In this document: piece by piece, positions 26,866 through 36,589 of the stretch
Layout of the letters: every line of letters starts with the position of its first letter
Numbering within the stretch: the first letter of the stretch is position 1
Source: an uncultured Pelagibacteraceae bacterium
GTDB lineage: Bacteria; Pseudomonadota; Alphaproteobacteria; Pelagibacterales; Pelagibacteraceae
Reading direction: 5' to 3'
Length of the DNA stretch: 64,000 nucleotides
NCBI GenBank assembly: GCA_902587295.1
Contig: CACIKS010000001.1
Coordinates: 53,664-117,663 of the forward strand
Notes under the pieces: model-generated
Told to the model about the DNA's origin: nothing
Database searches by the model: none
What the model saw: the letters and a program-made list of their open reading frames with translations, nothing else
Program-made: the position numbers and the translations under genes

Positions 26866-29264
26866 TAATAACTTTATCTTGGTTAAGAGATCATTTAAGT
26901 ACCAATGCAAATTTAGGGAAAATAATAGAAAAACTTACTGGAATAGGTCTCGAAGTTGAAGGAATAAAAGAGAATCAAGACGAAACATCTAATTTTAAAA
27001 TTGTTAAAGTCTTAAAAATAGAAAAACACCCTAATGCAGATAAATTAAAACTTTGTGATGTGAGTTTAGGCAACAAAAAAATTGTAAAAGTTGTGTGTGG
27101 AGCTGCGAATGTTAGAAATGGTTTAGTAACTGTATATGCACCTCCAGGTTCAATAATCCCTAAAACAAAAATGAAATTAAAGGTTGCTAAGATCAGAGGA
27201 GTAGAGTCACACGGAATGCTTTGTTCTGAGAGTGAACTTAACATTTCAGATGAAAGTAGTGGAATAATTGAATTAAAAAATAGAGAAAAAGATATTGGTA
27301 AAAATTATTTTAAAGGCAAAATGGAAAGATCAATTGATATATCAATAACACCAAATCGCCCTGATTGTTTAGGAGTTCGTGGAATTGCCAGAGATTTGGC
27401 TTCAGCAGGTTTAGGAAAACTTTCTATTTTGAAAAAGACGAAAATTAGACAAAATTTTCCTCAACCAATAAAAATTTCAATTACAAAAGATAAAGACCAA
27501 GGATGTATGTCGTTTGGAGCATCCTATATAAGAAATATTAAAAACAAAGAAAGTCCATCGTGGTTAAAAGAAAAAATAGTCTCACTTGGTCTTAAACCAA
27601 TATCCGCTGTAGTAGACATCACAAATTATGTTATGTTGGATCGTAACAGACCTTTGCACGCCTATGATGCTGATAAAATAAATAAAGAAATTATAGTAAG
27701 AAACTCCAAAGCAGGAGAAAATTTTCAAGCTTTGGATGGAAAAAAGTATGAACTAAAAAAAAATATGTGTGTTATTTCAGATAGATCTGGTCCACTTGGT
27801 CTTGGAGGCATTATAGGAGGTACACGTTCTGGGACTGAATTTGAAACAAAAAATATACTTTTAGAGTCTGCATATTTTTACCCAAATTCTGTAAGAAAAA
27901 CCTCGAATATTCTTGATATAGAAACAGACGCAAAATATAGGTTTGAAAGAGGTATAGACCCAAACTCAATTAAAGAGGGTCTTGAAGCGGCAACTAATTT
28001 AATCGTTAAAATTTGTGGCGGTGAAGCAAGTAAATTTTCTATAGTTGGTAAGTCCCGGTTTAAAAATAAAGTTATCACAGTTGATATTAATAAGTTTAAA
28101 AAACTCATAGGAATACCAATCTCTATAAATGAAGCAAAAAAGATTCTTGGCTCACTAGGATTCAAAATAAAGATTTCTAAAAGCATCTTGAAGATAGAAA
28201 TACCATCTTGGAGACCAGACATTTGCGAAGACGTAGATATTATTGAGGAACTTATTAGAATAAAAGGGTTTGATAAAATTTCATTAGTTCATCCAGAAAA
28301 AATTAGATCAAAAGAAACTTTAAATTTTAAACAAAAATTATTTCATCTATCACAAAGAGCAGTAGCAAATAAAGGATATCTTGAAGCAGTAACCTGGTCA
28401 TTTACCGACTCACTTATTGATAAACAATTTTCAAATGGAAAAAGTCAAATAGAAATTACCAATCCCATTTCTACCGATTTAAATGTTTTGAGAAGATCAA
28501 TATTTTCAAATTTAATTATTTACTTAAAAAAAAACCAAGATAGAGGATATTTGGACCTTTCGCTATTTGAAATCGGACCAACTTTTTTTGGAAACAAACC
28601 AGGAGAACAGCAAATCGTATTAGGCGCTCTAAAATCTGGTGTAGCAAATAGGAAAAGTTGGGACTCCAAAGCAAGAAATATTGATGTTTTTGATGTTAAA
28701 GCAGATGTAATCAAAACATTGACAGAGTTAGGTTTAGATGAAAGTGATCTGTATATAAGTAATAGAACACAAGATTACTATAACCCTGGAAGATCTGGTT
28801 CAGTAAATATAAAATCAGAAAGTGGCCCTAGATTAGCTTTTTTTGGAGAAATTCATCCTGCTATAGTTAACCATATAGATTTAAAGGAGCAGAATGTTTG
28901 CGGATTTGAAATTTTCCTAAAAAACATACCTGAACCTAAAAAGAAACAAAGACTCGCTAAAAAGAATTATTATGTATCTGAGTTTCAAAAATCTGAAAGA
29001 GATTTTGCCTTTGTAATTGATAAAAATTATAAGGCCGGTGAAGTAGAAAAAATAATTAATGAAGTTGATATAGATTTAATTAAGAAAGTTTTAATATTTG
29101 ATGTTTTTGAGGGTGGGAATATGCCAGAAGGAAAAAAATCTATTGCAGTTAACGTAACAATTCAGTCAATGGACAAAACTCTTTCAGAAAAAGATATTAA
29201 CGAAGTAAGTCAAAAGATAATAAACATAGTTAAAGCCAAGACTGGCGGAACAATAAGATCCTAA
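26862..29264 (+). CDS. pheT: Phenylalanine--tRNA ligase beta subunit
   Basis: 800 aa with tRNA-binding, B3/4, B5 and FDX-ACB domains. ATGA overlap with pheS. Confidence 0.97.
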   Translation: MIITLSWLRDHLSTNANLGKIIEKLTGIGLEVEGIKENQDETSNFKIVKVLKIEKHPNADKLKLCDVSLGNKKIVKVVCGAANVRNGLVTVYAPPGSIIPKTKMKLKVAKIRGVESHGMLCSESELNISDESSGIIELKNREKDIGKNYFKGKMERSIDISITPNRPDCLGVRGIARDLASAGLGKLSILKKTKIRQNFPQPIKISITKDKDQGCMSFGASYIRNIKNKESPSWLKEKIVSLGLKPISAVVDITNYVMLDRNRPLHAYDADKINKEIIVRNSKAGENFQALDGKKYELKKNMCVISDRSGPLGLGGIIGGTRSGTEFETKNILLESAYFYPNSVRKTSNILDIETDAKYRFERGIDPNSIKEGLEAATNLIVKICGGEASKFSIVGKSRFKNKVITVDINKFKKLIGIPISINEAKKILGSLGFKIKISKSILKIEIPSWRPDICEDVDIIEELIRIKGFDKISLVHPEKIRSKETLNFKQKLFHLSQRAVANKGYLEAVTWSFTDSLIDKQFSNGKSQIEITNPISTDLNVLRRSIFSNLIIYLKKNQDRGYLDLSLFEIGPTFFGNKPGEQQIVLGALKSGVANRKSWDSKARNIDVFDVKADVIKTLTELGLDESDLYISNRTQDYYNPGRSGSVNIKSESGPRLAFFGEIHPAIVNHIDLKEQNVCGFEIFLKNIPEPKKKQRLAKKNYYVSEFQKSERDFAFVIDKNYKAGEVEKIINEVDIDLIKKVLIFDVFEGGNMPEGKKSIAVNVTIQSMDKTLSEKDINEVSQKIINIVKAKTGGTIRS

Positions 29265-31072
29265 TGTCAGATATCACTAGAGTAAGAAATTTTGCGATTA
29301 TAGCGCATATTGATCACGGAAAATCTACAATTGCCGACAGAATGATTCAAATTTGTGGAGGTCTAACATCGCGTGAGATGAAAGAACAAGTCTTGGATTC
29401 GATGGATATAGAAAGGGAAAGAGGGATTACTATTAAAGCACAAACAGTCAAATTAAATTATAAATCAAAAGATGGTAAAGATTATATATTAAATATTATT
29501 GACACCCCTGGACACGTAGACTTCAGTTACGAGGTTAGTCGATCATTGCTTGCTTGTGAAGGGTCTGTATTAATTGTCGATAGTTCCCAAGGCGTTGAAG
29601 CTCAAACTTTAGCAAATGTATACCAAGCACTTGACTCTAATCACCATATAATTCCTGTTTTAAATAAAATTGATTTACCTGCTTCAGATACAGAAAAAGT
29701 AAAGCAGCAAATAGAAGATGTAATTGGTATAGATACTTCAAAAGCTATTTCTTGTTCTGGAAAAACGGGCGAGGGTATTGAGGAAATTTTAGAGTCAATT
29801 GTGAAAAATCTTCCTATTCCCAAGGGAGATCAATCATCTAAGCTAAAATCTCTACTAGTTGATAGTTGGTACGACAGCTATCTAGGTGTTGTCATTCTTG
29901 TTAGAGTTCTTGATGGAAAGATTAAAAAAGGAATGAAAATAAAGTTAATGTCTACAAATCAGGATTATGAAATAGAAAAGGTTGGAGTTTTTACACCTAA
30001 ACCAAAAGATGTTTCTGAATTAAATGCAGGTGAAATTGGATTTATAATCACTGGTATTAAAAGTTTATCAGAAACAAAAGTTGGAGACACAATATGTGAT
30101 CCCAGCGATACTTTGAAAAAACCTCTTCCAGGATTTAAACCCAGCAAACCAGTTGTATTTTGTGGACTGTTTCCAGTTGATAGTTCAGAGTATCAAAAAC
30201 TTAAAGACGGTTTAGCAAAGTTAAAATTAAACGACTCCAGCTTCTCCTATGAGACCGAGTCCTCAAGTGCTCTTGGCTTAGGTTTCAGGTGTGGTTTTTT
30301 AGGTTTGTTACATTTAGAAATTATAACTCAAAGACTGGAGAGAGAATTTGATATTAATTTAATAACAACAACTCCGGGCGTTGTATATAAACTAAATAAA
30401 ATAAATGGGAAAATAGAGGATCTTCAGAATCCAACATCAATGCCCGATCCTTCACAAATTAAATTTATCGAAGAACCTTGGATAAAAGCAACCATTATAA
30501 CTCCTGATGAATATTTAGGATCTATAATTAAAATTTGCCAAGATAAAAGAGGAGTCCAAAAAGATTTATCTTACTCAGGAAATAGAGCTGTTTTAGTTTA
30601 CGAACTTCCACTGAATGAAGTTGTTTTTGATTTTTATGACAGACTAAAATCTATTACTAGTGGATATGCTAGTTTTGATTACGAAATTACCGGGTATAAG
30701 GAAGGAGATTTAGTTAAACTTGGCATATTGGTAAATAATGAACCAGTAGATGCATTATCTATGATTATCCACAAAGAATTTGCTCAAAACCAAGGAAGAT
30801 TAGTTTGCGAGAAATTAAAAGATCTAATTCCTAGACACAATTTTATGATCCCTATCCAGGCTGCAATCGGTGGAAAAATTGTTGCAAGAGAAAGTATAAA
30901 AGGTTTTAAAAAGGATGTTCTCACAAAAATTCATGGTGGTGGAGCGAGAGATCGTAAAAGAAAGCTATTAGATAAACAGAAAAAAGGAAAAACTCGAGCT
31001 AAACAATTCGGAAAAGTCGAAATACCACAAGAAGCTTTTATTGGAGTATTAAAAATCAATAAAGAAGTTTAA
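29264..31072 (+). CDS. lepA: Elongation factor 4
   Basis: [16 protein letters not shown] and DTPGHVDF, plus the LepA C-terminal domain. Confidence 0.97.
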   Translation: MSDITRVRNFAIIAHIDHGKSTIADRMIQICGGLTSREMKEQVLDSMDIERERGITIKAQTVKLNYKSKDGKDYILNIIDTPGHVDFSYEVSRSLLACEGSVLIVDSSQGVEAQTLANVYQALDSNHHIIPVLNKIDLPASDTEKVKQQIEDVIGIDTSKAISCSGKTGEGIEEILESIVKNLPIPKGDQSSKLKSLLVDSWYDSYLGVVILVRVLDGKIKKGMKIKLMSTNQDYEIEKVGVFTPKPKDVSELNAGEIGFIITGIKSLSETKVGDTICDPSDTLKKPLPGFKPSKPVVFCGLFPVDSSEYQKLKDGLAKLKLNDSSFSYETESSSALGLGFRCGFLGLLHLEIITQRLEREFDINLITTTPGVVYKLNKINGKIEDLQNPTSMPDPSQIKFIEEPWIKATIITPDEYLGSIIKICQDKRGVQKDLSYSGNRAVLVYELPLNEVVFDFYDRLKSITSGYASFDYEITGYKEGDLVKLGILVNNEPVDALSMIIHKEFAQNQGRLVCEKLKDLIPRHNFMIPIQAAIGGKIVARESIKGFKKDVLTKIHGGGARDRKRKLLDKQKKGKTRAKQFGKVEIPQEAFIGVLKINKEV

Positions 31073-32124
31073 TGAAAAGTGAAATTTTAATTTGTTCAAA
31101 TGAAAGAATCTTTAATAAAGATACTAATTTTTTTTGTGAAAATTTAGATATTAAATCTATACCTGAGGGTTTGTCAAAAAATTATGAGGTTAGTTTAATT
31201 GGTAGAGAAGGTAAAATAAGTGGTAAGCACTCAATTAATGGGGTCAAAATTTTATCATCAAATAATTTTTTTAGTTATCTTAAAAATATTTTTTACCACA
31301 ATAAATCAAACCCAAAACTAGTAAATTTTATTATTTCGGTAACTCCATATACCTTTTTAGCAAGTATATTGATATTTTTGATGAGAAAAAAATCAATTTT
31401 ATATCTAAGAAGTGATGGATATGAAGAATACAAATCTATTTTTGGATATCCTGGAGTTATCATTTATCATTTGATGTTTTCAATTATCTCTTTTACCTCA
31501 AGTTTAATAAGTTGTCGAAAACATATTTTAAAAAAAAAACAAGGAGTTATAGTAGAACCTTCTCAGCTTACGCCAAAATGGTTTAATAATTTAAACGATT
31601 ATAATTCATCTGAAATTAATCTACTTTATGTTGGAAGAATTAAAATTGAAAAAGGTATTTTTTCACTTTTAAATATTTTGAAAGAAATTAAAAATATAGA
31701 TTTAAATTTAACTGTAATATCATCAAAAGAAAATTTTCACAAAATTAATAAATATGAAAAACTGATTTTATTGGAAAACCAAAACGAAGATGATTTGATT
31801 AGAAGCTATGATGGTTGTAAAGTATTCATCTTACCATCTTTTACTGAAGGTCATCCGCAGGTTTTGGATGAAGCTTTGGCACGTAATCGCCCAGTTATAG
31901 TATTCAGTGAAATAAAACATGTTACCAGGGATAGAGTTGGTGTTTATGTTTGCCAAAGAAATCCAAAAGCGTTGGAAGAAAAAATTAAATATATTCAAGA
32001 TAACTACAATAAAATTCAAAATGAGCTTAGATTAAACAATAAAAAACTTCCTTCCAAAGAAAATTTTTTATCCCAATTGCAAAAAATTATTAATGAACAT
32101 ATGGAGAGGTGGCCGAGTGGTTGA
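31072..32124 (+). CDS. Glycosyltransferase (GT4-like GT-B)
   Basis: [26 protein letters not shown] is the E-x7-E region. The last 22 nt, including the stop, lie inside tRNA-Ser. Confidence 0.75.
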   Translation: MKSEILICSNERIFNKDTNFFCENLDIKSIPEGLSKNYEVSLIGREGKISGKHSINGVKILSSNNFFSYLKNIFYHNKSNPKLVNFIISVTPYTFLASILIFLMRKKSILYLRSDGYEEYKSIFGYPGVIIYHLMFSIISFTSSLISCRKHILKKKQGVIVEPSQLTPKWFNNLNDYNSSEINLLYVGRIKIEKGIFSLLNILKEIKNIDLNLTVISSKENFHKINKYEKLILLENQNEDDLIRSYDGCKVFILPSFTEGHPQVLDEALARNRPVIVFSEIKHVTRDRVGVYVCQRNPKALEEKIKYIQDNYNKIQNELRLNNKKLPSKENFLSQLQKIINEHMERWPSG

Positions 32125-32192
32125 AGGCGCACGCTTGGAAAGTGTGTAAACGGGAAACTGTTTCGTGGGTTCGAATCCCACTCTCTCCGCCA
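32103..32192 (+). tRNA. tRNA-Ser (anticodon GGA), long variable arm, CCA encoded
   Basis: GGAGAGG acceptor, D-arm GGCCGAGTGGTTGAAGGC, anticodon stem CACGC/GTGTG with loop TTGGAAA, and T-arm GTGGGTTCGAATCCCAC. Confidence 0.9.
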
Positions 32193-32201
32193 TAAATCAG
32201 A

Positions 32202-33119
32202 TTACTTTCTTACAACTAGTCGACTTATTGGCATTGAAAAACGTCCTTGACTTTTAAAATGTCTATTTTGTTTTGATATTGTAAGCAGGTCAGATAACTT
32301 TAAAAGCATTGTTTTATGAACCTCTGATGGTAAAATAAATGAAGCATAAAAAAATCCTGCAGCAGTTTCGGCTACTTCAGCAACGGGTCCTTTCATAGTT
32401 ACCACGCTAGTTTCGATATTTACATTTGCATCTGGAAAAGCCTCACTTAAAATATTTTTTAAGCTACCTGTGCTACGTATTCTTGGATCGCCCAAATCAA
32501 TCTCACCATATTTGGGTAGCTTAGCTTGTACATATTCATAGATTAAATTGTATACATCACTATATCCTGGCGCCGCATCCATAGGTCCGTTGACTAATGT
32601 CGCAAACAGTCCACCCGAGGATAGCACACGACGGATTTCATTTAACACTGGAGTAATTGGGTTCATTAGCGTTAAAGCCCAATGACAAAGCACAACGTCT
32701 ATTGAATTATCATCGATTGCTGTCAAATTTTGCGCCTTTAACTCAAATAGATCAACCACATTATCTGGCAGACGCGCCTTAGCGAGCGCCAATTCTTCAG
32801 GACACATATCTACTCCCTTTAATCTCAGTTTTTTGTTACGATCGTATAAGATTTTTAATAACGGTCCCGACCCACAAGCAAGATCTAGCACGCGCACACC
32901 ATCAATATCAGGCACAATTTCAGCAAGCCATTCATAACTATTACGTCCAGCCTCATCGCGGCAGGTGCTTGCACACTTCTCAGTGAAACCTGCATTATGT
33001 TGATGCACAGTTTTTAGATGGTTGAGTAGCGCTTTATCATCTGGTTCTTGATTATTAGCAAGACTTTCAGTCCAGATCGACTTAAGGCCTTTCTCATAGT
33101 TAATATCTTTATTTGTCAT
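32202..33119 (-). CDS. Class I SAM-dependent methyltransferase
   Basis: Motif [12 protein letters not shown], and post-I/II acidic residues ([17 protein letters not shown]). The start is placed at ATG 33119 ([10 protein letters not shown]). It overlaps the upstream gene by 11 nt. Confidence 0.8.
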   Translation of the reverse strand: MTNKDINYEKGLKSIWTESLANNQEPDDKALLNHLKTVHQHNAGFTEKCASTCRDEAGRNSYEWLAEIVPDIDGVRVLDLACGSGPLLKILYDRNKKLRLKGVDMCPEELALAKARLPDNVVDLFELKAQNLTAIDDNSIDVVLCHWALTLMNPITPVLNEIRRVLSSGGLFATLVNGPMDAAPGYSDVYNLIYEYVQAKLPKYGEIDLGDPRIRSTGSLKNILSEAFPDANVNIETSVVTMKGPVAEVAETAAGFFYASFILPSEVHKTMLLKLSDLLTISKQNRHFKSQGRFSMPISRLVVRK

Positions 33120-34104
33120 CAACTGGCCAACAAATTGGATTAAGTGGACTAGCAGCAATATCACCAGGTTTTATATTCGGCATAAATTTTTGCCAGTCAC
33201 CAGAAACCATTGTAGGAGCTTTTATAACCCGCGCCCCATCTCTATAATAAGTATTGGCTAAAGCTACTCGACTACGATTAGTTCGATTTCGCGACGCAGT
33301 ATGAAAATTTAAATTATGATGAAAGCTAACTTCACCTAAATCAAATGGAGTTTCATTTACTGTTACACTATTTTTTTTAAAAACTTCAGATACTCCACGG
33401 TCATAGCCAGTACCAGTCTTTTCAAATGTAACAGCATTAACTAAATTATGAACATTTAATGGGTAGGCGAAAGAAAGTGGTCCCATCTCAATCGGCGTTG
33501 GTTGAGCTGGCACCCAAGCAGTAACTACATCATTAGTGTCTAATGGAAAATGATGGTCGTCAAAATGCCATGGCGTTCTACCACAACCAGCTTGTTTTGC
33601 TAAAACATTATCATGGTAAAGTCTAACTGCTGGCACTCCAAGTAGATCTGCTGAAATTTGTCCAAGACGTGGTGATAATACATATGCACGTAGAAGTGTA
33701 TTTTTAGGCCAGATCAATTCAAGACTAAGGAACCGGTCATGTGCTTCTTTATCAGGATCAACATCAAATTCTTTTTTTAAAAGGTTGATCAACTCAGCTC
33801 TAAGTTTAAGTATAACCCCTGGCGAGAAAACTTTTTTAAGTTTAATAAAACCATTTTTTCTAAAAAAATCAATTTGGTCATTTTTCAGAGGATAAGTCTC
33901 GGCCAATTCAGAGACAACCTCATCATCAGTTGGGATTTCAACGTCCGGTAAAGGTTCGGCAATTATTATTGAATCTTTTTTATCTTCATTATCTGCTAGA
34001 CCAACATACCAGTCCCACCAGGCTTGATTATCTTTATCCCAAGGCTTACTGATATCGGTAGTATCAGATTTTTTAGAATTTAATTTGTTTCGGGACGTTT
34101 TCAT
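33109..34104 (-). CDS. PhyH-family Fe(II)/2-oxoglutarate dioxygenase
   Basis: Facial-triad pattern TPWHFDD ... HHNLNFHTASRNRTNRSR. The start is placed at ATG 34104. The ORF-track GTG at 34185 reads through the tRNA-derived repeat. Confidence 0.8.
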   Translation of the reverse strand: MKTSRNKLNSKKSDTTDISKPWDKDNQAWWDWYVGLADNEDKKDSIIIAEPLPDVEIPTDDEVVSELAETYPLKNDQIDFFRKNGFIKLKKVFSPGVILKLRAELINLLKKEFDVDPDKEAHDRFLSLELIWPKNTLLRAYVLSPRLGQISADLLGVPAVRLYHDNVLAKQAGCGRTPWHFDDHHFPLDTNDVVTAWVPAQPTPIEMGPLSFAYPLNVHNLVNAVTFEKTGTGYDRGVSEVFKKNSVTVNETPFDLGEVSFHHNLNFHTASRNRTNRSRVALANTYYRDGARVIKAPTMVSGDWQKFMPNIKPGDIAASPLNPICWPVDDK

Positions 34105-34174
34105 AAAAAAATTATACTGTTTTTTTTTGAGATTAGTAAGTGCGCGTTTTTTAACCTCAAAATAAGACCCCTTT

Positions 34175-34201
34175 TCGAATCCCACACTTACCCCTACAAA
34201 A
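34175..34201 (+). repeat. Degenerate direct copy of the tRNA-Ser 3' end (att-like)
   Basis: TTCGAATCCCAC is identical to 32170-32181. By hand alignment, 9 of the next 15 nt also match. Confidence 0.5.
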
Positions 34202-34285
34202 ACTTGTGGGTAACCTTCTTTAATATGCCAACCTAAAGAACGAATCGTATAATTTGATAATAATAATTAATTGGAGGTATTTTTT

Positions 34286-34342
34286 ATGTCAGGTTTAGAA
34301 ATATTAGCTGTAGTAGCTGTAATTTACATATTAGCAAAATAA
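34286..34342 (+). CDS. 18-aa hydrophobic peptide MSGLEILAVVAVIYILAK
   Basis: GGAGGT lies 7 nt upstream of the ATG and a perfect TATAAT at 34248-34253. A weak stem-loop plus T-run follows at 34345-34367. Confidence 0.35.
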   Translation: MSGLEILAVVAVIYILAK

Positions 34343-34386
34343 ACAAGAACTCAAATAAGAGTTTTTTAAAATAGATTAAAACAAAA

Positions 34387-34428
34387 GGGTTAAAATATAT
34401 ATTTATCTGACAGATAAAATATTAACCC
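34387..34428. terminator. Imperfect long hairpin between convergent units (possible bidirectional terminator)
   Basis: GGGTTAA...TTATCTG-A-CAGATAA...TTAACCC. Confidence 0.3.
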
Positions 34429-34459
34429 AATTGCTACTCCAAGTAACACCCAATGCATT

Positions 34460-35203
34460 TTAAGGCCTCCTTATACTAACAACTTTTAAATTCGCAGTTT
34501 TTTCAATTCTTTTTATTGTTTTTTTAATATTCATAACAACAACTTTTTTCATTGGTCCGTAGGCATGAATTAACTTATTTTTAGATATTGCTATGGCAAC
34601 ATGACCTTTCCAAAAAATAAGATCATTTTTTTTTATATTTTCAATTTTTATTTTCTTCTTAAAATATTTTTCCTGATCTTTCGAGTCTCGAGGGCAATAT
34701 TTATTATTTTGGTTAAAAAAAATTTGCACTAATGCAGAACAATCTATTCCTTTATAACTTTTTCCACCCCATAAGTATTTTGTGTTTTTAAACAATTCAA
34801 TATCTTTAAAAATATGTTTTTTTCTGAAACCATTTTTTTTTAAATGTGAAGTTTTAATCCAGTACTTATCAAATTTACTGAATTTCCCGTATTTTTTATA
34901 AATTTTTACTCTTGCCTGATATGGCATAAATTTTTTTGTCTTTTCCTTGTTGCTTGGTTTTTTAAACAATCTTGATTTCAAAACGGAAACTTTAAAATTT
35001 GTTCGGATTGGTTTTGAAAATATTTTATTCTTTATGTAGCCAATATACCCATCTCTTTGAATTTTGATTTTTTTCCAACCCCTGAGTCTTTTTATTACTT
35101 TAAAATTTTCACCATAAAGTAATTGTGTATCTATTTTAGATCTAGAAGTATTTTTCTTATAGAGATTTATTATTGGGTAATTATTGCTAAAACTATTTTT
35201 CAC
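34460..35203 (-). CDS. NlpC/P60 (C40) peptidase with N-terminal SH3-like domain, no signal peptide
   Basis: YLWGGKSYKGIDCSALVQ (catalytic Cys) and GHVAIA (His). The N-terminus is hydrophilic. It overlaps ampG by 11 nt. Confidence 0.85.
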   Translation of the reverse strand: MKNSFSNNYPIINLYKKNTSRSKIDTQLLYGENFKVIKRLRGWKKIKIQRDGYIGYIKNKIFSKPIRTNFKVSVLKSRLFKKPSNKEKTKKFMPYQARVKIYKKYGKFSKFDKYWIKTSHLKKNGFRKKHIFKDIELFKNTKYLWGGKSYKGIDCSALVQIFFNQNNKYCPRDSKDQEKYFKKKIKIENIKKNDLIFWKGHVAIAISKNKLIHAYGPMKKVVVMNIKKTIKRIEKTANLKVVSIRRP

Positions 35204-36569
35204 TTAACTTTATATCATTTTTAATTATATAAAGGAAAATTAACGATGGAATTACCATTATAGCTGTTATAACAAAAAATATACCCCAATCTCCATTCAA
35301 CCAATCAACCATAGCACCTGATGAGGCAGCCAAAGTGGTTCTTCCTGCGGTACCAATCGAAGCAAGAAGGGCATATTGAGTTGCTGTATAAGTTCTGTCA
35401 ACTAACATTGAAATAAAAGCCACAAAAGCAACAGTGGCAAAAGCTGCAGCCATATCGTCAAAAATTACTGCTACGGCAAAAAGCCATTCAGACTTTCCTG
35501 ACCAGGCAAGTAACGAAAATAATAAGTTTGTTGAAGCCATTAAAACTCCAGAAACAAACATAGCCTTCACTACTCCAGATCTTATTGCAAAAAGCCCTCC
35601 CAATAATGTAAAGACAACTGTAGTTATCCAACCCAAGCCCTTTGAATAAATTGCTATTTCTGATTTGGAAAAACCTAATTCCTTATAAAATACAATGGAC
35701 ATTCTTCCAAGAAAAGCTTCTCCAATTTTAAAAAGAAATACAAATCCCAAAATTCCTAAAGCAATTTTAAATCCATTTTTTTTAAAGAAACTAATTATGG
35801 GCCCAGCAACTGTTCCACTTATCCAAGCAGCAGATTTAGTAAAAATGTTAGATGCACCTAGTTTACTTTCAATAATTTTATCAGTTCTTCTTTGTGTCTC
35901 TTGCCTATCTGTTATACGAGGCTCATGTACAAACATTAAAGCTATATTGCAAATAATTATAACTATTCCAAGAATTAAAAAAGTAAGCTGCCAATAATTT
36001 TCGAAGCCTGCCCTTTCCAAATATTCTGCTGCATTTAGAGCAATAACTCCTCCAAGTTTGTATCCAGTCCACCAACCAACCACTGCCATTGCAGCACCAG
36101 CCTGCATAGATTTTCCTTCATTTTTTCCAACCTGTTCAATTCTTAAGGCGTCCACAGTTATATCTTGTGTTGCAGAGGCAATTGCAATAACTAAACCAAC
36201 AGTTATTACTAATGCAAGATTAGCTGTAGGGTCTACTAGGTTCCAACAAATTAAACTTAATAAAATAATTAGCTGCATAATTATTATCCAGCTACGACGG
36301 TGCCCAACTTTATTGGTCAACCAAGGAATTCGAATTCTATCAATTAATGGTGCCCATAAATAATTAAATGCGTAAACAGCAAATATTAATCCCGCCCATC
36401 CAATCGTACTTCTACTAAGACCTTCTTCTTTTAACCAAAGACTCAAACTACTACCAATAAGAACCCAGGGAAATCCACTTATGATACCTAACAACAATAT
36501 TCTCAACATTCTTATGTCAAAATAAACCTTGAAAGAATCGTTGAAACTTTGTTTTTGATAAATTTTCAT
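35193..36569 (-). CDS. ampG: AmpG-family muropeptide MFS permease
   Basis: 458-aa MFS. LLGIISGFPWVLIGSSLSLWLKEEG and PLIDRIRIPWL..GHRRSWI are typical of AmpG. Confidence 0.88.
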   Translation of the reverse strand: MKIYQKQSFNDSFKVYFDIRMLRILLLGIISGFPWVLIGSSLSLWLKEEGLSRSTIGWAGLIFAVYAFNYLWAPLIDRIRIPWLTNKVGHRRSWIIIMQLIILLSLICWNLVDPTANLALVITVGLVIAIASATQDITVDALRIEQVGKNEGKSMQAGAAMAVVGWWTGYKLGGVIALNAAEYLERAGFENYWQLTFLILGIVIIICNIALMFVHEPRITDRQETQRRTDKIIESKLGASNIFTKSAAWISGTVAGPIISFFKKNGFKIALGILGFVFLFKIGEAFLGRMSIVFYKELGFSKSEIAIYSKGLGWITTVVFTLLGGLFAIRSGVVKAMFVSGVLMASTNLLFSLLAWSGKSEWLFAVAVIFDDMAAAFATVAFVAFISMLVDRTYTATQYALLASIGTAGRTTLAASSGAMVDWLNGDWGIFFVITAIMVIPSLIFLYIIKNDIKLSEK

Positions 36570-36589
36570 TGATAAGACTATAAGTTAAA

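Larger units (their letters stand above)
32193..34201. mobile_element. Putative tRNA-Ser-associated genomic islet (no integrase retained)
   Basis: It starts at the tRNA 3' end and ends at a degenerate direct copy of that end. GC content and amino-acid usage are visibly shifted. Confidence 0.4.

Noticed and set aside
34105-34185. GTG-initiated N-terminal extension of the dioxygenase ORF
   Set aside because: Its first codons are simply the reverse complement of the tRNA-Ser-derived repeat. The internal ATG at 34104 is more plausible.
35193-36569. ampG as a second horizontally acquired segment because of its higher GC
   Set aside because: It is a polytopic membrane protein rich in Ala, Gly, Leu and Val, and it overlaps its low-GC partner gene. 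Conserved cores of native genes (gltB, trkH) reach the same values. There are no boundary repeats.
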